A DNA stretch of 29,887 nucleotides. It comes from Geosiphon pyriformis uo1. Taxonomy: Eukaryota; Fungi; Glomeromycota. The notes beneath the pieces are model-generated. The model did no database searches. It was not told where the DNA came from and was given only the letters and a program-made list of their open reading frames with translations. The stretch covers positions 143,314-173,200 of the forward strand of contig JAAOMT010000183.1 in assembly GCA_016748015.1 (NCBI GenBank). The letters run 5' to 3'. Shown here piece after piece: positions 10,890-22,917 of the stretch (its first letter is position 1; the number at the start of each line of letters is the position of its first letter). Made by a program: the position numbers and the translations under genes.

Positions 10890-11700
10890 GAATTTTATTG
10901 GTAACAGGTTTCTTTAGCTCATGAGTTATTTTTTAAATATCTCTTTTCCTCTTTCTTCAATCGATGTTGATTTTAAAGCATACAATAAATTTCCAAAATA
11001 TCTCTGGTTCTTAATTTATTTATTTATTTGAAATTGATTATTCTAGGTTCTCATTTTTTGAGTAAAGATCTTGGAATATAATCAAATTAATAAATTTCTT
11101 TTCGTTCAAAAAATTTATGTGTGTTCGCTTCTTTCTATATGAAACCAATAAAAAGTGCTTTGGAGAGAATTCAGCAATTAATTTTTGTTAAAAGTTTAAT
11201 CAAAGGATGTTTTTCTTCTTAATTATCTAATACTTTTGCTCTAATCTGTTTTCACTTTGATTTTACTTTTCGGTTTTTTGACTGGGATCCCAGTATTACT
11301 TCTTTTGGCTAAAATACTATGAGATATTCAGTTTTCTATTTGAACCATTTCTCTCAATAGCCTCTATAAATTCATTGGTTTCTTTTATCAAGTAGCTGAG
11401 AACTCTTACTAGGAATATTTTCAAAAGATCTCGTCAATGTCGAGTTAACCTGCAATAGAGCTCGGAAATAATAATTTATTCAGGTGGGAATCCATAAATT
11501 GATCACATCATACCTTTCTATTTTTCCAACAAATATTGAAATTTCTTTTGATCTTCGATTTGGAAACAGCTATTGAAAATTATATTCATTGTCCTTGTTG
11601 AGTTATTGAGAAATCGACATTTTTGTCAGTTTTTTCTGTCTCAAAAGTTTAATTTGATGTAAGAGTATGATTACCAGAAGAAATCTTAATCTTTAAAAAT
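10890..11700 (-). pseudogene. Highly decayed Myb-repeat paralogue
   Basis: Minus-strand translation near 11300-11390 reads IKETNEFIEAIERNGSNRKLNIS*YFSQKK, aligning with the Myb repeats at 4056 and 25578; near 11550-11570 LFPNRRS matches YFPDRRS/LFPHRG; near 10910 ELKKP matches ELKNP. Many stops and frameshifts; boundaries approximate. Confidence 0.55.
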
Positions 11701-11714
11701 TCATAGGCAAACGG

Positions 11715-11716
<2 letters not shown>

Positions 11717-11770
<54 letters not shown>
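11717..11770. repeat. (AAT)18 microsatellite
   Basis: Perfect trinucleotide run. Confidence 0.97.
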
Positions 11771-12549
11771 TTTACTTTTCAAATATCTTTTTATCCAATA
11801 TAACCAAACTAGAAACCTAACTTGACCAAACTGTTGAGAATATATTTCAAGTCTTTGATCAAAAATCTAACACAAAACTCTATGAACAATAGATTTGTTA
11901 AAATTTTTTTAAATAATAAAAATAATATGCTACATTTACTATTTCAACTAATATTGTGCTCAAAAATTATATACATTTTGTTGTACTTGGAAGGCAGCTC
12001 ACATAGTCCATCTTTGTTGTCATCTCCAGATTAATAAGGGTAGAATGGTTCAATAAACTGCAGAGGGTTTGGGAAGTAATTAATTTAAGTAAAAATCTAA
12101 CAGCAAGTCTATTTGATAGCAACCCTCCGCAGTGATTGTGGATCCGTGCTCATGTAATTGAAATAATAAATCATTTCAAGTTGTATTTTGTTTTCTGTAG
12201 CTACATTTATAAATAATAAGAAAACTGAGAATTTGAGTTCTGGTGTAAATGTATTAGAATATGATATGGAAATTGACTGAAGCAGGTGAAATTTGAAAAA
12301 TATATTGGGTACGGTAGAGGTTATCAGTTAATCTAACATTCGCAAGAAGTCAATTGACTGCGCTAATATTTTAATTTCCTGAAACTTTGGCCCAATACCT
12401 TTTTCACAAAACCGTCAGCTTCATCAAAATTATTCCAAAATGTTGAAAATTTAGATTAAATATATTTCAGAAGCTTAAAAATAGACAAAAGATTTTATTG
12501 GAGCAAAATAAAATCATCGAAAATGCTACAGCACCAAATTACCTAGACT

Positions 12550-12987
12550 TTAATACCAATTAGATCTTTGAACCTTATCAGTCACTTTACTAGACGACTC
12601 AAATACTTCCTCTTCAATTTCCACATCAATGTCTTCTGTATACTCTGAAGACTCCTCGTCATCACTAATCACTTGCACCAATTGTTCACCTTCCTCTTGC
12701 AACCATACATTAATTTGCCTCCCATCACTCTCGTCAATCAGCGAAAATTTCCCAGGGCGATCCCCCTGTACCCAACGATATCCAAGTTTTCGAATCTCTT
12801 CCACCACCAGATCAATTAGAGCCAAAAATCTAGCGGCGGCCTCGACCTTGCCCCAGCCTTCATTCTTGGATGCTTGAAAGTATTCAGTCATTCTTTTCTC
12901 TGCCAGAGCTATCCGTTCGTCTGGCATGTAAGTTTCACGAGGTTCAATGAGATCAATATTTACTGGATGATTCTGGCAATACTTCAA
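12550..12987 (-). CDS. Hypothetical protein with acidic C-terminus, start uncertain
   Basis: 145-codon ORF, GC clearly above the flanks, natural-looking composition and a D/E-rich tail (SDDEESSEYTEDIDVEIEEEVFE). Listed start is TTG; the first in-frame ATG is at codon 21, or an upstream ATG could join through the 8-nt homopolymer at 12988-12995. Confidence 0.55.
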   Translation of the reverse strand: MKYCQNHPVNIDLIEPRETYMPDERIALAEKRMTEYFQASKNEGWGKVEAAARFLALIDLVVEEIRKLGYRWVQGDRPGKFSLIDESDGRQINVWLQEEGEQLVQVISDDEESSEYTEDIDVEIEEEVFESSSKVTDKVQRSNWY

Positions 12988-13974
12988 TTTTTTTTCAGAA
13001 TTTGCATATCATTTTTGAGAAAAAGTTAAATTTGAAAAAGAAAAATCAGTTGGGATCAGTGAAATTTTGAGAATTTGCGAAATGCCAATTCAATAATTGG
13101 GGAAGCTTATTTGCACAAGAGAAAAAACAAAGAACATATAAGAATTATATAGAGGTTGGTAAATTTTGACCACAACCTGAGCACCAGGTGAACCTTTAAG
13201 GAAATTATTACCAAGATTTTTGGTTTTCTTCATTTTATACATGCGAGTCGGTTTTTTGCTGGGACAAAAACCTGCAGTCTTCTTATTTAATCAAAAACAG
13301 AAAAAGTCGTAAGTATATGAATACCTAAGAGTTAGAGAATGAAACTAAGTGTTGGTACCTAATTCTCACACATAATATTATTGGTAAATTGACCTGTCAT
13401 AAAAGATAAAGTTTGATGAAGTGAACATGCAAGAGAAAAAAAGGTAAATCTATACGTTAAGTTTGCATATTGAATTTCTCTTGATAGATTTGATATTTTA
13501 GTAAAAGCCAAATAATGATGACAATCACAGGAATTAATATATAGGTGCCAGCCTTGAAATTTCTATTTTAGGAATCCTATCTTTAATAAAATAATCGCCC
13601 TCACCCTTGCTTTGTGAATTTTTAAAAGATTGACTATCATATTCGCCAGTTTCTATATCAAAATGACAGCGGAAAATTGCGGTGGAATTTGATAAACTCG
13701 AAAGAAAAATTTCAATAATGTCTTTGAGCAATGATCGTTAAATAAAATCAAAAAAAAACCGTACTGAATCCTTACATTGGAGTTTTAATTTTCAAATTAT
13801 TTACTAGTATAACCCATATATTTTTGTTACTTACTAAATTTTAGTAAATAAATGTGAATTTGAAAAGGTAACAAAAAATATACTAAATTAACAAAAGTGT
13901 TGAAAAACTTTTAAAAATTAATACTTTGAATATTTATAAAAAAATTTGATCTTTTAGAATAGTAATCTTTAAAT

Positions 13975-14103
13975 TAGGACTCCAGAAAGCTAAGCTGAAC
14001 TGAGCTGAGCTGAGCTTTTTTTATGCTTGAGCCCAGCTCTATTTCAAAAAAAGCTCAAGTCAAGATGAGTTTTATTAAAAAAAACTCCAGCTCAACTTGG
14101 TTC
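13975..14103 (+). mobile_element. Probable decayed DNA-transposon end with GAGCT-type subterminal pentamer repeats
   Basis: TAGGACTCCAGAAAGCTAAGCTGAACTGAGCTGAGCTGAGC followed by partly inverted copies (cagctc, aagctcaag, cagctcaac). No partner end found. Confidence 0.4.
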
Positions 14104-14430
14104 ATATTATTATATGTAGGGATTTTATTGGTTTAATTTCTGTTTCAAGCCACTTATTTATTAATAAAAAGTTTGTAAATAGTGACAACAATAGTAGTAA
14201 TAATAATGAAAATTATCATTTTTCATTGATAAAAAATTTATAATAATTAATAATAACAATAATATTGTAAATAGCAATAATAATAATGTATATTATTTTT
14301 TTACTGATAAAGAGTTTATGGTAATAGCAACAATAGTGGTAAATAAACAGGTTTATATGTCAAGATTTTTTTGCTTTTATATTATTTATAAAAAATTTGA
14401 ATTCTTACTTAATTATCTTTATTATTTATT

Positions 14431-14455
14431 AATAAATAAATAAATAAATAAATAA
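14431..14455. repeat. (AAAT)n microsatellite
   Basis: aataaataaataaataaataaataa. Confidence 0.8.
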
Positions 14456-14880
14456 GTAAAGCATATACAAAAACAGGCCTTTTTGTATACAACAAGATTT
14501 TTTTACCAATTTTTTTTGAAAACTTTTACTCTTTTCGAGTTTCTTTTATTAAATATTAATTAAAAGCATTTTTTTTATATCATTGCACAGTAAAAAGTAA
14601 AACATCATCTAAAATCTAGATTTTAATTAGCGGAGAAACACAAGTATCTATTTAAAAGTTATATTTCTAATGCTATTTAGCTAAAGAACGTTTTATGATT
14701 TTAGGCGTGATAAAAACCTAAACTTTAGAAATTCTTTTGATGTTCTAAATAGATAAATGTTATTCTTTTAACTTATTGTGGGTTAAAAATAGTGGCTATA
14801 AAATATTCCGTCACTGAGAGTTTCTAAGGTAGACAGCACAACCTTTAGACAATGTATAATTAAATTAAATAAAAGCAAAT

Positions 14881-16115
14881 TTATCTTTTTATAATTTGAA
14901 AAACTTCATACTCTTCAACAGAAAACTTCACCGGTTGATTTTCTGATCCAAGTAAAGCATGTTCATAATCACTTGCATTTTGACAAACGCACTCTGAATA
15001 ATTTTTAAAATCATTGCCAAACAATATCATATTGTCCTTTCCAAAATAGGGCCCACAAGTTGACCCACCATAAGGTCCATATCCTGTAACAAACTTGCTA
15101 AGTATAGCATTTTCAGTTTTATCATCTCCAAGAGAAAAAATAAAACTTCCTTTTCCCTTTAAATGATAATTTTGAGAGTGCCAAGATTGTGGGTTAAAAC
15201 CGCCAATTATCTGACCAGTTCCTTTCACTTTGATTACGCTAACTGTTGCTCCTTTATCATCGCATAATCGATGAAAATCCGCTGGCGTAAATCCGTCTCG
15301 ACTTCCACGAAGTAACAATTTAAAATTATTTTCAAGTTGATTTCTAAAAGGAGTATTGTCATCTTTGCCTTGAATCCAATGATCAAGCTGTTTTATGTTT
15401 TGAAATTTAAGAAGCTTTGTATCAATATTTAATCGGGAAGAACGTAATGGCTGAGCGTCTACAGACTTTTGATGACTACCCGGTACGAGATAATGATGTA
15501 AAAGATCTTCATATAAAGTTCCAGGTAAGATTTTTGCAAATGGTTTTACTTTGTGATAGAAGTCAACTGAAGATATGTTAAAGAAGCGGATTAAAGGTAG
15601 AAGCCTTTCGATGGATTCCTTAAAGGCATTAAAGTTTTCATCTGTCCAGTAAAGAACTTTTTTCGTCTGAATATCGCTATCCAATTTAGCAACTCCCCAT
15701 TCTACAATCTTTTCCCATATTTCANNNNNNNNNNNNNNNNNNNNGGTAGGTACTCCATGTTTATCAAGAGAAATCTCGCCATTATAAATGTATCTGCAGA
15801 AAAATAAAAAGTGAATTTCATGTTGGTCAAAATATTCAAACCAAATGAAAACCCTTACCTGAGAATTATTTCAAAAATCTTTGGTGAAATATTGGGTTTA
15901 GGGAAGATGATGATATTATTTTCCCTTTTAATCCAATTGCTAGAGAGTGCGACAGCAAAATATGGTGATCTTGCTGCTAAAATTTGGGAATGAGCTTGAA
16001 AAGTTCTAATATTGGGCGCTTCGCCAACTATAATTCTAACATCAGAGAACTTCTGACTGTCAAATAAATTCCCAAAATCATTGGATAAAGCGTGAAAGTA
16101 TTGTTGGGGCGACAT
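14881..16115 (-). CDS. BTB/POZ + BACK-like + TLDc domain protein, copy 1 (intron 15794-15858; internal gap)
   Basis: Exon 1 SDVRIIVGEAPNIRTFQAHSQILAARSPYF...PNISPKIFEIILR splices (AG|GTAAGG...TGCAG|A) to YIYNGEISL; the C-terminus has TLDc motifs KLLLRGSRDGFTPADFHRLCDDKGATV, IIGGFNP, GPYFG, VEEYEVFQI. Start ATG 16115 or in-frame ATG 16187. Confidence 0.9.
15725..15744. other. Assembly gap (20 N), probably hiding about 284 nt
   Basis: Flanks match copy 2 at 22186 and 22471. Confidence 0.9.
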
Positions 16116-19100
16116 CGGTAAAATATGAGAAGTCTGTGTGAAGTCTTTTTCACTATGATCAGTATTTATGCTATTGACACTAGTCATATACTTATCCCGA
16201 GGTGAAGTCACATGTTAATCTGCACTTTATCGATTGATCAATTAATAATAACATGCCAAAAAACATGATTTATTTAACATAAGTTTATAAGTTGCTTTTT
16301 TTTCGTTTATTAACTGTTAATTTTGAATCCAGATTATTCTTGACTGAAACTTTTTCTTATCCTCAAACTATCAAACCATTTTTTCAATTAATTGGGATTT
16401 ATTTTTTAAAAAAGCATTGTTTAAAATAATTTATTCAGAAATTGGTCGATTTTGGTCATTTTCTCATACTTACATTCATCTTACCAAATATTTCAGATTG
16501 CTTAATGATAAAAAATATTTTAATTAAAGGGGGAAAAATATTTTGCTAATAATTTTTTTTAGCTATCATAAAAGTTAATGATCAAATTTTACTTTATTTC
16601 CTCAAATTTATAAGCGAAATTTTTAGGACGATTAAAGCTTTTTTTTATTTTCAATTAAAATATAATATAAATTTTCACCAATTTTAAGTTTTGCTTTTAT
16701 GGAATCGGCTTTCTATATTTTATTGTTGGCCAATAGAGCATTGAATAGTTTTTTCATATTTTTTTTTACAAAATTAAATGTTACAAATAACAATAAGAAT
16801 AATCTCAAATGAAAAAGCAGAAACGAAAAATAATATTTAATAAAGGTATTTTTCGACTTAAACTACCAGCCAAAAAGGTTTCAAGTAAACAGGTAATTTA
16901 GTAAAAAAAAAAGTGTGTGGCCTTGAAATCAGCTAAAATTAATTCGGTTTATGCTAAAAAACAAGTCTAAATTGAAAAAATTTATACATACAAAAAATAA
17001 ACAGTTATATGCACTTTGAGTTTCGCAAAATATTTTGCCAATTTTTATCCCTAGTTCGGTGTGTATACATTGGCCAAAGAAATCAGCTTATCACTTCTAA
17101 GTAGCATTTGCTTAAAACCTTGAAAGCTTCTCTTTTTTTTTGGATTTTTAGCTCAAAATATTTTTAGTTCTAATTAAAAAACGAATTGTCGAAAGAAAGC
17201 TTGAATCTCAAGTTTCAGCAAATTAAAAAGATGAATTTGATTTGTTAAAATTATTGAGCCAATAAAGTGGAAGTTTATAGCTGTAATTTTGACATCATTC
17301 ATTCAATTAAGACCAACATTAGAAAACACATCATAAAAACCAAGCATCAAACATTTTGTGAAAGTCCATTAATTTCAAAGCTTTCAATTTTAAATTTTCA
17401 AATACTATATTAATTATAAATATTAACATTTTTATATATCGTTCAACAATATTAATAGCTATTGACAACATTAATTCATAAAATAACTATACACAGTTTG
17501 GTACATTAAAAAATTTTAAAATTTGAATATTTATTATTACAATTATTAATTTGCCTACTTATTAATTATATTTTTCAAAATAGTTCTATATAAATATTGA
17601 TACAAAAAATTCAATGTCCTATTTGCAATTTAGAATTTTAGACCAAAGTAAAAGCAAAAAATTAATGCGAATTTTCTAATCTTTTTAGTGAGACTAAATT
17701 AAAAATCAGATTATAAATCTATAAATTTTAACATAAACAACAAACAAAATGCTTTTAACTTGAAAATGCACTCAATTATATTTTAAGTACAAACATATGT
17801 CTCTTTGGTAAATATATTCGAGAATTAATACAAAAGCTTTATATCGCATTTATTTTAACAGATCCCATTTTCAAAAAATTCATTGTTATAGAAAATCACA
17901 ATGTAATATTTCAGATTTGACATTGATAAATTACGATTTTAAAAAACATAATCTAAAACTCAAAATAGAAAACGAAATATTAGTTTTTTTAATATTTTAC
18001 TTGAAAATAGTTTTTTAATTTCTTAATTTTCATTTAATGTGAGCAAATAAATCTATATTTATAAAGAAACCACGGTAAAATTAAAAGATGTTGCACAAAT
18101 TTCATTTTTAATTGAATTTCGGTTTCACAAACATTAAAGACTATCACCATATTTATAATAAAGGATTACAAAAATAGTTAGATGCCAAATACAAGAACAC
18201 ACAATTCATTAAAAGTAAAAAAAGCTATTTAGAAATAATTTACCAAAGTTAAATATTAATCACTCATATTCTAAGTTTAGAATTATAAAAATTCACAAAT
18301 ATTTAAATATTAATTAAATATTTCAAAAATTAGGTTTGAAACTCAATTTTTTAATGAACGACAGAAAAAAGATTTATGGTTCTTTTAATTTAAACTCTTC
18401 TTGTATTTCATATTTTTATATAAATTTTTTGCCCCAATACATAAAATACCTATTTTATTTTTGAGCAATTATTGTGGTAATTGTTTTAATTTATATAATT
18501 GCACAGTAAACTAGACAAAATTCTTATCTCCATTAAATCGATACATATTTTATCGCGATATCCTCTGCATGTATGAAATTAAAATTATTTATTTGTTAAG
18601 GAATAATTGATTTAATAAATAAAAAATAATAATTTTGTTTTTTCAAACTTTTTTAATTCTTATTAAAATTTATATTTGTTGCTTTGACACATAAATTAAG
18701 TTTTTTATAGTAAGAAATTTTAAGAATTTATTTTTTGAAAATTAAATTTAAATATAGTTTGAAATTTAGTAATATTTTTTAAAAAATTAAGAATTCACTT
18801 ATATTTTACTTTAAAATAAAATTAATTATTTTAATTTGAATAACTGCCCTTTTTAATTTAATTAAGAATGTTTTTAATATACCTATTACATCTAAAGTTT
18901 TTTGTGAACAATTTTGTTGGTTCAATTTCTTATGTTAAAGCCACTGTTCAATCTGCTAAACTTTGTTCTGTTGTGTTTAATAAAAACTTGGGATTCAGAT
19001 TGGATTTTGTAAAAGCTCAGATACCGAATATAACTTACTTAATAGAATTAGTAATAGAACTTATAAATTCTTTTACGCACAAGTTTTGTTTCTGTTGGCT

Positions 19101-20098
19101 AGTAAAAATAGTCTGATGTAAAATTTAAAATCTGGTTCTCTTTTTTGAAAGTCCGAATTAAGATTTTTAGCAACTTGTTGCTGGTTTGCTTAAAAATTTT
19201 TCCAAAGTTAAAAAAAAGTATGGTGCACATTATTCAGATAAAATTAATATGGATAATGAAATTAGTTTATTGTAAGTAATAATTATTTAATTATTTAATG
19301 ATCTTGTGAAAGGTGCTTAAATTTAATATTAAAACCAGCAAAGAGAAAACAAAAATCTGAATGAATAAGTTTGTTCAAAGTAGTACAACTTTAAATTACT
19401 TTATAAATAAAATAAATGCAAATAATTTTTTTTTGGTACCTAATTTAATGAATCTTGACGCAAGTCCAGATGGCTGATGATATGTAGAAAGCACATGACC
19501 CACACCTAATGCTAAACATGTATATGTTGATCTTACTTTGTTAAAGCATTAAAATAATAAGAGCATTTAAAACCAACATATATTGATGAATCAATGAATT
19601 TTTGGTGAATAATAAAAAATTAAGGCAAAAATATTTACATATAAAACTTTTTCATATTTTTATCTAATTTAATTAAATAAAAGTCTATGTAAAAGATTTT
19701 ATTACTATTTTTTAAAGCAGAATTAATTTGGGGTTTTGTTTAGGATTCATGCATTATGAAAACATTAACTAATTAAAATAACAAGTACGAAGGGAAATGA
19801 AAATTACCAATCACTATTAGATCAATGAAAAGCTGCCTAAATATAATAGATAGTAAAAATAATGCCGTGTTAGACAAGAGCATAAATTTTCTCAATGATT
19901 ATTGATTAATAATACATGTAAAATCATTATCGTTAGGCAAATACACTAATTCTTTTATAAATTAACACAAATTTGTAATACACTGTATAATAATTAAATG
20001 AAAAAATTAACAACATAAAATAGAGAAACTAAACTTTAGAAAAAATAATTATTTGCAAAGTTAAAACACGACTTGTAAAAATTGGTATATCAGTTTTA

Positions 20099-20170
20099 GG
20101 TACCCACCCTTAATTGTGATCACTCTTTGAATTTTGAAGATTTCCCATTGTGAATAAAATGAGAATAGAT
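20099..20170 (+). mobile_element. Possible pogo/Tigger-like terminal remnant
   Basis: TACCCACCCTTAATTGTGATCAC followed by the imperfect palindrome TTCCCATT-GTGAATAA-AATGAGAA, resembling the CCCATT..AATGGG subterminal hairpin of pogo/Tigger elements. No partner end seen. Confidence 0.25.
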
Positions 20171-20542
20171 TATTATTTGAAGAGATTTTATTACATCAAC
20201 TTTCAATTCATTTGTAGAACAACAAAACCATTTAGGCTTCGTGTGAAACATGAAAATAGTATATCTATAACATTTATTAATCAATTTTTTATCTTTTTAG
20301 CATTTTTTTTTAAAAAAAAAAGGTAATTATAAATTTACATTTGAGTAAGCTGTCACTTATATAATAAGACTAGACATTTGAATAATATATATTTTTCTAT
20401 TATTTTAGTTTGCTTAAAAAGATTACTTAATGAAGCAATTTCATAGGATTTATCAAATAATTTTACGATGAGTTTTCAATATGGTCTTTCGAATTCGTCA
20501 AATAATTGTTAGACAAATAGTGAGACTGCATTTTAATAGCGC

Positions 20543-20830
20543 TTGAACAGTGTCCTTTATCTCGAGTCTTGTTTCAAGGGTTCGTCAAAATATGAGCAAG
20601 AGGCGATAGAGGTAGTTGTTTTCGTCACTCAAGTATTGAGAAATGTCACCGTTGACGAATTCATTGTTACATCAGCTCATAACCACGAATTCAAGAAGGA
20701 AGTTGAAATACTGTTGGAACTCAATAATGAGTTTTTGCCTTTTTGGCCAGTTATCGAGAGGTACAGGGGCACCTACATATGAAGTTATTGGCAGAGGAGA
20801 TCTTATAATGTGGAGCAAGAACCTAAGTTA
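20543..20830 (+). pseudogene. Gene fragment of unknown family
   Basis: Locally GC-richer 79-codon frame without ATG, with natural-looking sequence that continues after the TGA at 20780. Confidence 0.3.
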
Positions 20831-21342
20831 AAGCTATATTGGTTCTATTCGATATTACACTCACTATCATCATTTAATTTGATTCAAGAAATTTATTTTT
20901 CTAAAATGGGAAAATGCGATTTTAAGGGAACAGAGCAAAAATAGAATGTCACTAGTAGTTTGAAAGCCATCTTCAATTGCATTTCTTCTGAATATTTGGA
21001 ATTTCAATCACAGTCAATAAAAAAATCAAAGTTTTGGAATTTTTTATATTAAAAACCATTGCTTAATAGAAATCTATTTTGAACGCTTTTACTCTTCGAT
21101 TCTCATTATTGAAGCATTTTTTTGTATCATTGCACAGCTAAAGAGCGTTTTATAGCCTTACCCTGTAATAAACCTAAACGCTAGAAAAAGTCTTTTTTTA
21201 AGTTTTTGATGCTTTAAAATAGATAAATGTTATAATTGTGGGGCTTAAAAGAGTAGGCTATAAAATATTCCGCCAGTGAAATTTTCTAAGATAGACAGTA
21301 CAACCTTCAGACAATATATAATTAAATTATATAAAAGCAAAT

Positions 21343-22841
21343 TTATCTTTTTATTATTTGAAAAACTTCATACTCTTCGACAGAAAAATTCACAATTCCG
21401 TTTTCTGATCCAAGTAAAGCATGTTCATAATCACTTGCATTTTGACAAAAGCACTCTGAATTATTTTTAAAATCATTGCCAAACAATATCATATTGACCT
21501 TTCCAAAATAGGGCCCACAAGTTGACCCACTATAAGGCCCATATCCTGTAACAAACTTGCTAAGTATAGCATTTTCAGTTTTATCATCTCCAAGAGAAAA
21601 AATAAAACTTCCTTTTTCCTCTAAATATCCATTCCTAGAATGCCAAGATTGTGGGCTAAAGCCGCCAATTATCTGACCAGTTCCTTTCACTTTGATTACG
21701 CTAATTGTTGCTCCTTTATCATCGCATAATCGATGAAAATCGGCTGGCGTAAATCCGTCTCGACTGCCTCGAAGTAATAATTTAATATCATTTCCAAGTT
21801 GATTTCTAAAAGGAGTATTGTCATCTTTGCCTTGAATCCAATGATCAAGCTGTCTTATGTTTTGCAATTCAAGAAGCTTTGTATCAATATTATATCGGGA
21901 AGAACGTAATGGCTGAGCGTCTACAGACTTTTGATGACTACCCGGAACGAGATAATGATGTAAAAGATCTTCATATAAAGTTCCAGGTAAGATTTTTGCA
22001 AATGGTTTTACTTTGTGATTAAAGTCAACTGAAGATATGTTAAAGAAGCGGATTAAAGGTAAAAGCCTTTCGATGGATTCCTTAAAGGCATTAAAATTTT
22101 TATCTGTCCAGTAAAGAACTTTTTTCGTGTGAATATCGCTATCCAATTTAGCAACTCCCCATTCTACAATCTTTTCCCATATTTCAGATTCTTCTATGTT
22201 TAGGTCATCCCGGATTAAAATTGAGACAAGAGCATTTTCACTAAGGGATGTGAAATCTTGGGAGTTTAAAACTATAGCTGGTTTTTCACCAACTATTTCG
22301 GTGCAGAAATCTTGTAATTTTTTGAAAGAATCATGCATAAATGAAGTTTTCTGCAGAGTGGCGAAATTTTCTTCTAGCTCTTTTGCACGGTGTTCAATCA
22401 AATAGTCTTCAAGGTGATCAATCATGTTTTCTAGAATAAGCTCGTCAGCGGTAACAAGAACTTCTAAAATGGTAGGTACTCCATGTTTATCAAGAGAAAT
22501 CTCGCCATTATAAATGTATCTGCAGAAAAATAAAAAGTGAATTTCATGTTGGTCAAAATATTCAAACCAAATGAAAACCCTTACCTGAGAATTATTTCAA
22601 AAATCTTTGGTGAAATATTGGGTTTAGGGAAGATGATGATATTATTTTCCCTTTTAATCCAATTGCTAGAGAGTGCGACAGCAAAATATGGTGATCTTGC
22701 TGCTAAAATTTGGGAATGAGCTTGAAAAGTTCTAATATTGGGCGCTTCGCCAACTATAATTCTAATATCAGAGAACTTCTGACTGTCAAATAAATTCCCA
22801 AAATCATTGGATAAAGCGTGAAAGTATTGTTGGGGCGACAT
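21343..22841 (-). CDS. BTB/POZ + BACK-like + TLDc domain protein, copy 2 (477 aa; exons 22585-22841 and 21343-22519)
   Basis: 65-nt GT-AG intron 22520-22584; 257+1177=1434 nt open frame; BTB, helical linker (LIRDDLNIEESEIWEKIVEWG) and TLDc motifs as in copy 1. Confidence 0.93.
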
Positions 22842-22917
22842 CGGTAAAATATGAGAAGTCTGTGTGAAGTCTTTTTCACTATGATCAGTATTTATGCTAT
22901 TGACACATAGTCATATA

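Noticed and set aside
13534-13731. 65-aa minus-strand ORF
   Set aside because: No ATG and no recognisable motif; may be a gene relic but cannot be supported.
15811-15993. Identical 60-aa plus-strand ORF here and at 22537-22719
   Set aside because: Antisense shadow of the duplicated BTB exon and intron.
18868-19275. 82-aa ORF with a stop-ridden continuation ending at a GTAAGT
   Set aside because: Possible old pseudogene, but no family similarity I can recognise.
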